Shown: positions 38,887 to 54,400 of the stretch, piece by piece
How positions within the stretch are numbered: the stretch's first letter is position 1
Layout: each line of letters starts with the position of its first letter
NCBI GenBank assembly: GCA_047495785.1
Contig: JBLDXI010000031.1
Location: 992,001 to 1,056,000, forward strand
Source: Lepidodermella squamata
Lineage: Eukaryota > Animalia > Gastrotricha
Length of the DNA: 64,000 nt
Reading direction: 5' to 3'
Notes under the pieces: generated by a model
The model's input: only the letters and a program-made list of their open reading frames with translations
Told to the model about the DNA's origin: nothing
The model's database searches: none
Translations under genes and position numbers: made by a program

Positions 38887-40089
38887 TCACACCGATAATT
38901 GAACGATACTGTGATAAGCGCTGATATTGCGCTTTAATATGTCGGAGCAAGGTCCGAGAAGTCGCTCGAACCGGCTGCGGTCCAGTTTAACACATTTTAG
39001 ACGAGAATCCGCGATTACGGTCGCAGCTCTCGGCCGGTCCAATAACTACAAAAAATATTAAATTTGCATTTGAATAATCAAAAGCTTGTCTTTGCATACC
39101 AAAGCGATTTCGCCGAAATAATCAGATCGGCCTAATCGACCGACCTCAACGGCTTCCTCGGAGTCGTTGGATTTTTGAAGAACCCTCGCCTCTCCCTCGA
39201 CAATAATGAAGAAATCATCGCCTCGATCGCCTTGTCTAACCACAGTTTGACCGGCCTCGAATTCGCAATCTTCCAATGCATCGGCCACGGTTAGACGTTC
39301 CCATTCGTCTAGTGTCTGGAGTACGGGAACTTGTTTCAAGAAATCTTCGAACATTTTTCGTTTCCGAATAGTAGAATTCATGAGTAAGCGTCGATATGAA
39401 TCGCCGTCGATAGCCCAGAGTTTCACCTCACATTGAGCTCGAATAGTCGCAGCACGCGGCATGCCAGATATAAGGGCCAGCTCGCCGAAAGAACCACCTT
39501 CCCCTATTGTCGTAACTGTTTTTCCGTCAACTTCAACCTCAGCCCGACCGCTTTCTATGACATAGAAATTATCACCCGGCTCGCCTTGCCTGATTATCAC
39601 TTCGCCGGCTTTGAAAGTAAGCGGGAACATAGCGTTGATTACGTCGGTTTTTTCGTTCATATCTAGATGACGAAATAGCACATTCTTCTCAACGGATCTC
39701 TCAATTTCATGAATGGTTTTATAATCTTTCGGGACAATTTTTTTCACGAGATTAGCTGCCTCGTCTTCGGTGCATTGAGGGGCGGCGAAAGCTGCCCGTC
39801 GACCTCGATTGAGCATGTCTGGTTCCATATCAGACTGGACTTCATCGTCGTGATCGCCGTTCTGAGCTGCGGCAGATGAATTTTGATCATTGCCATTGGG
39901 GCCGTTGCGTTCAACGTCAATTTTATCAAAGTAGTTTCGGATAAAACGCACAGGATTATCAGGCTTCTGTTGACACATCTGCACTAGACAATCCTTGAGC
40001 AGGCGTGGAATGTCATGCCGCTGGACATATTCTTCGTATTCCCTGATAGCAGACCTACTGCCAGAATTCGCTGAGAAAAAGCCACTCAT
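38887..40089 (-). CDS. PRKAR1: cAMP-dependent protein kinase regulatory subunit type I; exons 39100-40089 and 38887-39045
   Basis: Dimerisation/docking domain, pseudosubstrate RRAA, two cNMP domains ([15 protein letters not shown]; [15 protein letters not shown]). Confidence 0.93.
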
Positions 40090-40207
40090 TCTTTTGAATT
40101 ACACGTTATTCTTTCTCTTTCATAAAGGAGCCTATCAAATTGATCATTTCGTTCATGAGAATAATTATAAAGTGAGACATAGACCACAAAAGTGCATCAG
40201 TTTTTCA

Positions 40208-40676
40208 TTACAGCTCTTTAGCAGGCGGATCGCGTTTCAAGTTCACGAGCTCGACCTCAAAAAAGACAGTCGAGCCAGCAGGAATCTTCCCGGTTTTCTC
40301 GTTACCATAAGCCATGTGAGGCGGAACAACAAGACGCCGTTTTTCGCCAACGCACATGCCTTTCACACCCTAAGCAGAAGCATTGTTGAAAATATCAAAC
40401 AATAGGTAAGCTACAAACTTTGTCTAATCCGTCAATGACATAGCCGGAGCCAAGTTTGAAATCGAGAGTTTTATCGCGCTTGTAAGTAGAATCAAAAATG
40501 GTACCATCTTCCAAGAAACCATTGAAATGAATCGACAACCGGTCGTCTTTCTGAGCTTTCAAGGCGCAGTCCTTAGCGGGAGGCTTGAGAGTTTCTATCT
40601 TCAGCGTCTGAATTCCGACAGAGCCGCAGTCAGAGCCGACTATGGAAAACGCTATTAGCAACAAGGAAGCCAGCAT
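40208..40676 (-). CDS. Secretory FKBP-type PPIase ending AKEL; exons 40419-40676 and 40208-40369
   Basis: Signal peptide, DGTIFDST, GMCVGEKRRLVVPPHMAYG, FEVEL. Confidence 0.88.
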
Positions 40677-41589
40677 GCTTTATTCTCTAGTTCGCAGTAC
40701 GCTTTAAAATGCACTGGAGCAATATTCATCGCGAGGCAGCTATTCGCACACAAAAGCGTCACATGGCAGAAGCAGAGACATTAGGTTCTTAACAAACAAA
40801 AGAAAACAATGGTAATGAATGAAGATAAATGAATAGGCAGGGGGATTGATTCGAAGTGCTAACTTGAAAATGGGACATTTTGTCTATATGAGGCCAGCCA
40901 GAGGACAACTGTTTTTCACAAGGGTCCCTTCACCTGAGACTTCTCTACCAGACCTCAGACTCAACTATGCCTAAAAGCCGCTCCCAAGCGGCGCGTCGCG
41001 TGAATTGTGAGCCAATAAATTGAAGTTTTTTAGTTCTCACAGATAATATCAAGCTTCTATTTTGTTTTGCTTTTTGGCAATTTTTAAAATGATCTACATT
41101 GCACTTACGCTATTTGACCAGGTTTTTGAAAATCATAATCAGCTTTTCGAAAAAAATGTTGGCTGTCCCTTCGGCGCTTTTTCATTCGTGCGGTTTCGCA
41201 TTTTTCAGGTTCGCTGTTCCCTTCACAGGTGTGCGAAGACCTAAGACCTTCTTTCTTTGGTTGCAGTTAGGCAGTGGAATCGTCATGTATACTTATGCCA
41301 CTTGGTACTTCTAGTGTTTATATTTCAAAGATCGCTGTTTACTTTTTTCTTTATCTTGCACATTTTTCATTTCTGTTATCAAAAATTTTGTTGCACTTTT
41401 CTCGTGTTCGCTCGTAACGATTTGTTTGCATGCGTCAATCGTGCGACGTTGCTGGTAATCCTACTTCATTGAATACGGAATCAGTGAGCTGTGTCTCGGT
41501 GAAAGTTGAAAACCACTTCTCTACTTATTATCTTAATTATTATTCTTTAGTTTCAATTTTTAAATTGAACAGTTTAAATCATCGAAATC

Positions 41590-42065
41590 ATGTCAAAAGT
41601 CCTGGTGTTTCTTGGCTTAGCTATTCTTGCCACCATTGTCTGTGCTAGCGAGAAGTCAAATCAAAATCTCCGGATTGGTATCAAGAAAAAGATTTCTCCT
41701 GAGAACTGCCCTATCCAAGCGAAAAAGGGTAAGAACTGGCCACTGATCCTCAGTTTCTTTTTATTGACAGTTTTACAGGCGACAACGTTCATGTTCACTA
41801 CCGCGGAACGTTGGAGAATGGCAAACAGTTTGATGCTAGCTACGACCGCGGAGAGCCTTTTACCTTCAAGCTCGGCAGCGGCCAGGTCATCAAGGGTTGG
41901 GATCAAGGTATCCTTGGTATGTGCGAAGGGGAACAGCGCAAGCTTGTCATCCCGCCATCCCTTGGCTACGGCGATGCTGGCGCTGGATCTTCGATCCCCG
42001 GCGGAGCTACGCTTATTTTCGAAGTTGAACTCATCAAGATCGACCGCCCGAAGGGAGAGCTGTAA
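41590..42065 (+). CDS. FKBP2: ER FKBP2-like PPIase ending KGEL; exons 41590-41728 and 41779-42065
   Basis: Signal peptide, [40 protein letters not shown]. Confidence 0.9.
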
Positions 42066-42251
42066 TCTTACCCATGCCCATTGCAATATCATTCCTAGTC
42101 TACTCATGACATTTCTGTCTGCTATTATTCTGACTTCTTGCTGATGTGATTTAATTGTGATGCTGCCATTCCTTTTAGTGCAAATTTCATTTTGTTCGAA
42201 ATATAAATTATGCAGTGACACATTTTATCGCCCATTAGAACCGTTTTAATA

Positions 42252-42712
42252 ATGAAATACTGGGCTCAGCTGTGTGTTTCTATTGTTGCATTCCTGTTCA
42301 TTCATCATGTTTATGCTGCAAGGAAACTTCAAATCGAAATCATGAAGAAAATGACTCGCGACAGTTGCCCTGTTCGGTCCAAAAACGGTGATACTATGTA
42401 CGTGTGGTATCGCGGATCCCTCGAAAGTGGTAAAGTTTTCGACACCAATCGCAATGGAGGCTGGCCCTACTATTACGTACTTGGTGCTGGTCAAGTTATC
42501 CAGGGTTACGAACAAGGCACTGGTGAGATATTTTGCCGTGAAATCTTCCTAACTAAAACAATTGTACAATTTCAGTTAACATGTGTCCTGGTGAAATACG
42601 GAAGTTGACTGTTCCACCAAATCTTGCTTACGGTGATTCTGGCGTTCCTCCAGATATTCCGCCTAACGCAACGCTCATTTTCGAAGTCGAGCTCATCGAG
42701 ATTACGTATTAA
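42252..42712 (+). CDS. Secretory FKBP paralog without retention signal; exons 42252-42522 and 42576-42712
   Basis: [46 protein letters not shown]. Confidence 0.88.
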
Positions 42713-43020
42713 TGGCGATCTTTCATTTTAAACTATGCTCATGAAAAATCAAACCGGCTACCTCAATTGTTATTGCTTCCTTTCAATTTTTTAAATAATT
42801 TTACCAAAAATTGTTTCAAGTATGCGGTGACAGTTTTATTTATAAATAATCTCATTCTTATAATTTTATTTATTTTTAGATTTTACTAATTATTAATTAT
42901 GCAAACTGCTGCTTCACGATGTAAGGTTTTTCCTTTTGTTATGCCACGTCATGCTCTATTATTTAACACATGAAAGTTAACTTGAGTATTTACAGTAGTT
43001 GAGTTTTCATCGTCATCATC

Positions 43021-43480
43021 ATGGCTAGAGTACGCTTCGCCTTAGTCATCTTAGTTTTACCACTAGCTCTGTGCGTTGACTTCGAATACAAAGTTTTAAG
43101 GCCTCCGCCAGAAAATTGCCCAATGAAAGCCCGGGTTAATGACACTCTATTTGTTCATTACCGCGGCTATTTCTTCGATATGCTTCCATTCGAGACAAGC
43201 TACGGAAAAGACCCATTTGTGTTCATGCTAGGTGGTGGTACCGTTATCAAAGGCTACGAACTAGTATGGATTGATTTTTTTTATTAAATTCGTAATATTT
43301 AAGCTGAAATTTCAGGGTGTTCCGGGTATGTGTGAGGGTGAAATCCGCCGGTTGAAGGTCCCGCCTCATCTCGGCTACGGGAATAACCCAACTGGAAAAA
43401 TCCCAGCCAATTCCCTGCTGTATTTCGATGTAGAACTTTTGAAAATCAAACGAAATTATTTCAACTGTTGGTGGTACTGA
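43021..43480 (+). CDS. Secretory FKBP paralog ending CWWY; exons 43021-43263 and 43316-43480
   Basis: HYRGYF, VIKGYELG, GMCEGEIRRLKVPPHLGYG, FDVELL. Confidence 0.88.
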
Positions 43481-43499
43481 ATAATGATTGTATAGAAAG

Positions 43500-45913
<2,414 letters not shown>

Positions 45914-46262
45914 ACGTGATAATTGAAAATACTGACCGGAAATTGAGGAAAAACCGGCTAACTTTTCATGCGCTTTTCATTCTAACCAGAAAAATAACGC
46001 TGAAATATTTTTGCGTGTAGCTCATTGTTTTTTCATTTTTTAACATCAAGAGTTAAGATTCAAGAGTGTACTCGAGCAACGTTTTCTACGCGTTTTCTAC
46101 GTTTTAAACGAACAATCTCGCACTTGTCATGAAAGCTCTGAAACAGCTTTGTTTGTTCTGATTTTTCTCAAGCCGCTTCTAATCCACTGAAATTTCGAAT
46201 AAACTTATCGCAATTTTTAAATTTGAATATTTTTTATTTTAGATTTTTGTTAGACATTTTGT

Positions 46263-48921
46263 ATGGCTCGGCCTGCCGACCCACTTTACGCCTCGTTGAA
46301 GGTGAAGCCGTTGCTGCGGAAGCAAAACTGGACCTATAAAACGATACTGCTGTTGTTTTTCCTGATTCTGACGATCGTTTCTCTGCTAGTCTCTGTAACT
46401 ACACCCGGTTGGATTTTCTTCAAATACATGAACCGGAGAACTTTCTACGGCGTCTGGTATCTACTTGTCTGCGACGAATTCGTATCACAATGGACTTGGG
46501 GTATGTGAATTTTCAAGCAATTTGTTCCTTCGATTGCCTCTTGGTGGGAAAATGTAGAGCACCGCCAATTTCGAAATAGTTGTTATTCTGAAAATAGGGA
46601 GCATAGTGAAAGATTTTAAGCAATTTGCAATTTATTGACCAACTAATGAATATGCCAAGCGAACGAGCGAATGTTCATTGATAACCGGCGCATATTTATG
46701 CGCTGGAAGCTGCGCCGTTCATTCTTCCAGCGTCGCCATGTGGCAAAGAAAGAAAACATCATGGAACGCTTAAGGGAGTCGGAGCTCGCAATAAAACATG
46801 AAAACCGGGGCCGAACAACAATAGCTATTTAAATATCAATAGAAAGAAACTGAAGCTCACGCGATTACGCAGCACGGTAGTGAGGCATCACTGATCCACA
46901 GTCACAGATTATGACACAGAAATGAAGCTACAAAATTTACGGGATGTAGATGAACTTCACGCTCGCATCGGATAGGTACATCCGACGGGGTACGCACTGA
47001 AGCGGCAAAACTGAAGTTTCGTGAGGAATCACGCCTTGAAATGATGAGGCGAGCACAACGTATAATCCACGAAAGCTGATTAGAGAACTTGGTGGAATGA
47101 AACACTCGCAGAAGAAAATTCAACGAACAAACCAGCGAAATCAAAATCGGTTGTATGGATATAACCATGGAATGCATAGCAAATGGCGCATGTGATGGTA
47201 TTTTACTTAAACAGGGCGCATTTAATTATTAAACAACGATCTAGGATAAAGAAGAAAGATAAGAAGCGACGGCGATGAAGAGGACATTAGGCCCGCAGAG
47301 CCCACTAGTGATTGCTATGTAGGAGGACATGTAGGGTCGGCTTTTGCCCTCGAACTCGAGTTTTCGTTGCGAGCATTATGGCTTCATCGGCACTGTCTCG
47401 GCACTGTCTGTACTCCGACGACTAGCACGGCGTTTGTAGCAACAGCAACGTTCTGGCCGAACTCCGCCCTAACACGGGAAAACAGATTCGCTATGATGGG
47501 TTCAGGATTATCTCTCAGAAGAGCCTTCTCAAAAATCCTGAATTCGGGCAGGTGGCTGGGCAAAGCCGAGAAGAAGAAAGCGCAAAGGTCCTTAGGCGAA
47601 CGCTAGCCTTCAGCGGCGGTCTTCAAGTCGGTTCCAAAGGCCGTGATGTGCGCGTCGGGCGAGCTGCCGGGGAAAAACTTCCGCGGCGCAGTTCCTAAAG
47701 GCAACAAGAGCATCCACTTGGCTCTCCGCGTCCACTTTCGCGAACTCGGCGGACAGAGCCAAATAACAGGACTGTGAATCAAATTCGTCATTCACCAAGT
47801 ATCGTAATTTTTCATCTACGGAATTGTAAATGGCAAACCTAAGCTACGCCTGGCATCGTAGGCCGCTCGTAGGCCGCCGGAACAGAGACAACAGAAAAAT
47901 TACGCATTAACTATTATTATGCACGGTTAGGGTAAACGGATAGGTAATTGAGAAATAAAATAAAATCCAAACTTTACAAGAGCCCATGCCTCGAAAGCCG
48001 CCTTGGAGTTGTTTCGGATGGTGTTTTGGGAACCTAGTCTGGAACCTAGATACTAGTCTGGGGCCTTGTAGGGTTAAAGGCCCCCGGGGTAGCTTCAACT
48101 AAACTTGGTTGGAATTGAACGGAAACCAGATAAAAACCCTAAATTTCCAATTGAAATTAATTTAGTTCGGCATGGGTTCTCCAGTTGGTCGGCAGTTTTC
48201 CGAAAGAATACCCGAATTTCGGCTGGCTGAGATTGAATGTTATTCTTTGGTCTTCTTAGTTTTACATTATTTGTCATTTTTTTTAGAACATTGGTGGGAA
48301 TACACAACAACAATTCAGGCCTCAATTTGCCGGTACCGATTCTTCCCCGAGCTCGGCATCCGCGAGTCGTTCATGCTCATCAGCGACTCTGTCCAATCCG
48401 ACCAGTTCCGCTACCTGGACAGCAACGACTGGCTAATCGCCTCGGAGGCTCTCTCAACCCTCGCCTGCGTGCTCTACTTCATCTCCTTCATCATCATCAT
48501 CGTCGGCATTGCGAAACGAACCTTCCGCCCGCACTACGTCGACGCTATTTTCTACTCTTGCACCGGCTTCGGCGCGGCCTGTATGGCTACAGCTGTTGCG
48601 CTGTTCATGTACAAAATGTTTGAGCGCTGCGCGTTCTCCACCGATGCCAACTGCTGGATTGGCTATTCGTTCGGTTTCGCGTGCGCCAGTATTGGCTTCG
48701 CGTTGATTTCGATTTTCATCCGCCTATGCGAACGGCGAGGCATCTGTTGCAATGGTGATGATTCATTTCTAAATACGGCTAGTCAGGGCGGGCAGGTTAC
48801 TGAAATGACGCCGTATCCGCCGTTTTCGGGCACTATGAGTGGCAAAATCGCGACTGGAACGCCGCCGCCGGGTTATCCCATGTCGACTTTGTCCCAAAAA
48901 ACGGTTGTATCAAATTTGTGA
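46263..48921 (+). CDS. Claudin/PMP22-superfamily tetraspan protein; exons 46263-46500 and 48287-48921
   Basis: Four TM helices, W...YGVW...C...C loop signature, IGYSF before TM4, C-terminal PPGY motif. Confidence 0.75.
47400..47800 (-). mobile_element. Possible LTR-retrotransposon gag relic in claudin-like intron
   Basis: LCAFFFSALPSHLPEFRIFEKALLRDNPEPIIANLFSRVRAE resembles a copia gag C-terminal helix pattern; stops and frameshifts. Confidence 0.35.
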
Positions 48922-48940
48922 ACAAAAAGAACGGAAAATG

Positions 48941-49140
48941 AGGCTCGAGAAAAATTATTTTAAAAAATTAGAAAATTATTTGAAATCGGGCTAACATTTT
49001 TATTAAATATTTGATATATAATTAAATATATATTAAAAATCGACTTCAGCCGATTTTCGAGAATTATTAAATTTTCAAGATTTTCGAATTAAATTCAGGG
49101 ATAATTTTTAAAATAATTTCAATTAATTTTTCTCGAGCCT
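48941..49140. repeat. 200-bp MITE-like inverted repeat in 3'UTR
   Basis: 17-bp perfect TIR AGGCTCGAGAAAAATTA with AT-rich interior. Confidence 0.7.
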
Positions 49141-50753
49141 TCTATCTTCTACGGGAGTAGTTGGTAGGTACCAAGTACCGAAATTGAGTGTTTTTCGTCA
49201 TTTTTTTTATATTGGCTAGTCAAACTAGCGGAAACCTAGCTCACTCTTTTGCCTGTTACTAACTGATTCCATAGTTGTGTATTCGGTTGTTTTTTAAAGC
49301 GATTTAAATCTTACAAAAACAAATGTGACGATCTTCATCCATTCTCTCTTCTCTGCGCAATTTGACATCAAGGTTGTGAATTTTTTATACTTATAAATAA
49401 TTTATTATTCGATTTTTTGTGCACTTGGATATTATTATTCTAAGACAATCACTCTGTAAACATGGATTATATGCAAATGATTTTATACCATGTGCCTCGC
49501 GTTGGTTTTGTTGTGTTTGAATGATGGTTGCTATCAATGTTGAAAAGGTTAGTGAAAAATGCTTCAAGATTCCATCATTTTGTACCGCGTTTTACAGAAA
49601 AAAATTCAAAATAAATCGATAAATCAATGATTTTTCGTCATTATTTTTCTACTTCTAGACTGAGTCTTATCTACTGGAGTTTGAAGCCCGAAGAAGTTTT
49701 TGCTGTCAGGAAGTAACGAATCCAGGAGAAAAAAGAAAAATGAAGATGAAAGAAGAAACCGGCAGCTGATTAATTCTTTGTCAGCTTTTGCTGAGGTTAA
49801 ATTTTCCCCATCTTATCATTTCTTGTGACGTAGGTATCGTCCGTTGAGAACGCCAGTCATGTTTAATGAATCAACTCAGGTCTGATAATTTTTCGAACTT
49901 GGGCGCGAAGAGTTGACGGCTAAGTCGACTTCATTCTCTCGTTTTCTTATCAAGAGTTGAGTTCTGGGCTTTTCCAGTTGCGTTTTTTATTGTTGTTTTT
50001 CTCTCGTTTAAAATGCCAAATTGAGGTACTCGAACTAGGCTGCAAAGTTGGAGCGGCAATTTTTTTCTTTTGTTTTCTCGACTTTATTTTACGAGGTTTT
50101 AATTTAAAGAGGCAGCAGGTAGGTTTACCAATTTATGGTTTATGGCTCCATAGCCGTTTAAGCGTGTAAAACATCAGGCATTTTCCTCCAATAAACCATG
50201 TGTGTGATTCATGTGTGATGAGCTTTCCGGTAGATGAGTGGGAGCTCTACGTGAATGTAGAGAAACTGTCTACTTTTGTTCCGATGATTTTCCTCTTTTA
50301 AAATATTTTGAAATATTGTTGACATTTCGTGCGTGGCCACGTGGTAAGCTACGATTGCGGCACGTGTCGCCGCCGGGCGCAAGTTCGGGGGTCAAACAAA
50401 AGCCGGAACACAACACTCGTTCATTATTATCATCATCTTCGTTTACACGCCAACTATAATGCTAATAATCATCGCCGGATTTGTATAATGCTAAGTATCG
50501 ATGTTGCTGCTTAATTATTTCACTAATGCACGCACTCACACACTTTTTATGTGCGTCGGCAGAAAATGCGAGGACCTTCAATAAAAAGGTCAAGACTGCG
50601 CACATTTTGCAATTGCTTTTCGCTTTCATCTACTTTTATTACGTGCGAACAGCAATTTTAAGGCGGATTTTTTAAAATGCGCTCGATTCGACGCATTCTA
50701 TTATTAGCAAGTCGCGATTTTTGCTGAATTTATGAATGAAATTTTTTCGATGA

Positions 50754-51092
50754 TGACGTCACATGTGGCCTGGCCCGGTTGACTTGAAACGTGGCACGCG
50801 TCGCACAGGTGCTGATGGATGTAAAAAGTGGCCGACTGCGAGTCGGATTTCTTGTTCGTTTCGGCTCTTCGCGCAATAATAATAATACTCTCGCCTACAA
50901 TCATCGTAGTGGCCACTCACTAATAAGGCAACGAGTGCGGGCGGACGTGCAAGTACTTGCGTTATTATTATTACAATGAGACTGTGTGTGTGTAAAACGC
51001 GCGCGCATGTTTGTAGAGAGTAGCTGATGTAGTATTACCGTAGACGAGGCTGCAAACCCCGCCGCAAACCCACTAAACCTCATGACGTCATG
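50754..51092. promoter_or_regulatory. Two palindromic CRE motifs upstream of MTA
   Basis: TGACGTCA at 50754-50761 and 51083-51090 (extended CATGACGTCATG) in a CpG-rich upstream region; function unproven. Confidence 0.35.
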
Positions 51093-51440
51093 GCCGCGTG
51101 CGCCGCTGCAGCTGCGATTTCGAACAAACGAAAACGTGAAACACGACCCATCACTTGCTGGCGCCAAGTCTGTGCGACAGCCTCCTTAAAATTCGCCCGG
51201 TGAAATAACCCCGTTTTCACCGCTGTCCTGATTTCGCAGCCAAAATCACCTGTCGCCACCAGGAAATTGACGATTTTTTTGTTACCCGTCTAGGAACACT
51301 GTTAACGTTTTGTTATTTTCTCGTGTGGCATCGTCGGAATGACACGGCTTTAACTACGAGTGTGTCATTGCTAAACCACCGATAATTCAACTTGATCATC
51401 AAAATTTTACCACTATTATCGAAATCGATTAATCATCATC

Positions 51441-54400
51441 ATGGCTCAAGCTAACATGTACCGCGTAACCGTTGGAGGTTTGTTACCTGATGTTTTTTTG
51501 CCTGATTTCCCGATTTACCGGTCATTTTTCGCAGATTTTGTCTATTTCGAGCAGTCTCCCGGTGCGCCTTATCTGATTCGCAAAATCGACGAGCTCACTA
51601 TGGTAATTTGAAAAATTGTCATTTTTTCACAGGATTAATTTTGGCCCATAGTGGGACCTTGGGCCGAGTTCTTTGCTCCCTATTAATCGCTCAGTTTTTT
51701 TATCGATTCATTGATTAGGTTGTGATTCATTGTTTATTTTTAGATGTTCTGATTTTATTGAGAATGGGGGACATTCTGCCCGATTTTTTTAGAATTGTGC
51801 TAAATTATTTTTTGGAATTTTCGGAAGCGCTTTAAATAATCCAATTACTCACAAATTTTTGGCATTATTTTAGGACTAATTTTCACTAAATTTGCTGATG
51901 AATAATTTGATATAATTTTGGCCCAGAATTGATATTTTTGTCGAAAATTGCGCAAATTTTTGGTAAATTTTATCATTTTTTGTCTCGTTTTAGACGCCGA
52001 ATAAGAACGTGGAAGCCCGGTGTTTATGTTTCTATCGTCGGCGCGATTTGCCGCCGAACCTCCTCGTCATGGCCGACCGCTACCAGTCGTTTTACGACGT
52101 CGACCAGGACGACGACCAGGCCGAGAACGGCGGCGGCGGTGGCGGCGGGTCGCAAAACGGCTCGGTGCTCGGTTCCCCGATGAAAACGGGCAACGGCCGG
52201 CGGCCGGAAGAGGCGGAGCACAACAAGCTGCAGCCGCGGCAGCTGCACCAGGTGAAGCACCGCGAGCTGTACATTTCGCGGGCGGTGGAGACGCTGCCGG
52301 CGACGGGCATCCGCGGCAAGTGCACCGTCACGCTGCTCAACGAAGAAGAAAGCCTCACCAGCTACCTCAATGCAGAGGTAAGTAATTGCTGCAATTATCA
52401 TTATTTTCGCATTTTAGAACACTTATGCAACTCGATTAAATCATTTTTTTAATTTAGAGGAAGGGAGGATTAATCGCGGATTAATGCTCTGATCTAGCTA
52501 GAAATAGCTAAACAAATTTTAAAATTAAAAGTGGAAAAACTATTTTTAGAAGAGAAATATCGTGCAAATGTCCCGTAAAATTGCCCGATTTCAATTAATT
52601 TGGATAAAATTGCATTAAAGACAAATTTCTTATCTCACTAAACTGAGATACGTGAAATTTCTTAATTTGAATGAAAAAAGAAATTTACGGGAAAAGTTCC
52701 CTTATCATAGGAAAAACTATCCACTTCAAAGAATAATGGAACAACTATAAAGAAATCGGCCGGAAAAAATATCCTGGCGAAAGAGATTTTGAACGAAATT
52801 TGTTCCTTGATTAGCGTGAAGAATTTTCATGGAGAAATCAGTTTTTAAAAGTGGGGTAGGTTAGAACCGAATTTGTCCAGCCTTCGTCCTCTTCTAAACC
52901 GGAACACAGTCGCTAAGAGTCGGCCTAAATAATTTAGGTGATTATTATTGCAAAATGCCTAAAAATGGTTGAAAATTGAGAAAATTGCCACATTTTCGCT
53001 TATTTTTGCATTACAACTTGTACATTTTGAGGCGGAGTTATTTTTCATGTTTGAATTCTTCTTATCTTGATGGCTTCATAATTTCAAATTACGAGACTTG
53101 GCTGGGACAAACAGTTCCTCGAATATTCCATATTGCTTCCCGTTCATTTTCGTATTGAATTGGGCGGAATTCACGAAAATTCTCACTTTTCATGCATTAA
53201 ACGTCTATCAAATATTGGGTTCATATAAATCTTATGAAAGTAATTAGCCGAGACCCAATTTTAATATTTTTGTTATTTCTGTTTTGTCTAGGATGCGTTC
53301 TTCTACTCGCTCAAGTACGACCCGCAACAGAAGACGCTCAACACAGACCGGGGCGACATCAAAGTCGGCTCCAAGTACCAGGCCGACACGATCCCGCCCG
53401 TGAACCGCGCCGAGGCCCTCGCGCGCAGCAGCGAACAGTTCGAAACCCTCGTGTGGAACCCGGCCACGTGCAATCTATCCGACGAGCAAATCTCTCAGTT
53501 CATCATCGTTGCCAAGTAAGATAACAACAATTCAAAAAACAGCTAATTTATCAACTATCAAAATTATCGAAAAATATGATTTTTCTGTAAATTCCGTGTA
53601 AAAATGCTCAAAATTGCAAAAATTCACACATTTTGAGTTTATTAAGCTGGGTTTTTCAATAACTTTTTCATTCATTTTTTCCAATTTTTAGAGCTGTTGG
53701 TTTGTACGCTCGGGCAGTCGATGTGAACAGCACTGTTCGGTCCCCATCCCTCCACGCCGCCGCCATCATGTCCTCGCGCGACTCGATACTGCAGTTCGCC
53801 GCCGACGTGCTGCACCGCTCAAGCTACGACGTTGCGGCGGCGATGGCCGAAATCGTGCCGGCGGGTACGGGGCCGGTGTTGGTGCGAGACCAGCTCGAGG
53901 AGTGGTCGCCGGCTGAGGCGGCGCTCTTCGAGGAGGGCATCGAGAAGTACGGCAAGGACTTCGAGAACATTCGCGCCGATTTGCTCAGTTGGAAGTCGAT
54001 GCGGTCGCTCATCGAGTTCTACTACATCTGGAAGTCGACGGACCGCTATCAGAACAGGCGCAAGGCCAAGGCCTCCGAGAATGAGAACAAAATGAAACAG
54101 GTACGCATCAGACAATTCTTTGAAAAGCTACGTTTTCTCCCCCATCAAGTGACACAAATTTCCAAAATTTCCACGATCTGTGTGATCATTCAAATCGTGA
54201 TAGCAAATGCTTTTAGCGAAACAACATTGGCGTGTTTTGGCATCTGTTGTGTCAATATTTGACACCAAACGCGGAACAAACAAAGCTTTCACTTCTCGAA
54301 TGAATTTATGAAAATAACCCGGGATAAGGTTTCCTAGAAAATGTCAAGCTGGCCGTATTTGTTCCTAGATAGTAGCCCGGGCTACAAAAATTTCAACCTC

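Noticed and set aside
40870-41314. Small plus-strand gene between the divergent FKBPs (ends ...FFLWLQLGSGIVMYTYATWYF)
   Set aside because: Looks coding and has splice-like sites, but I could not assemble a consistent ATG-to-stop model; left unresolved.
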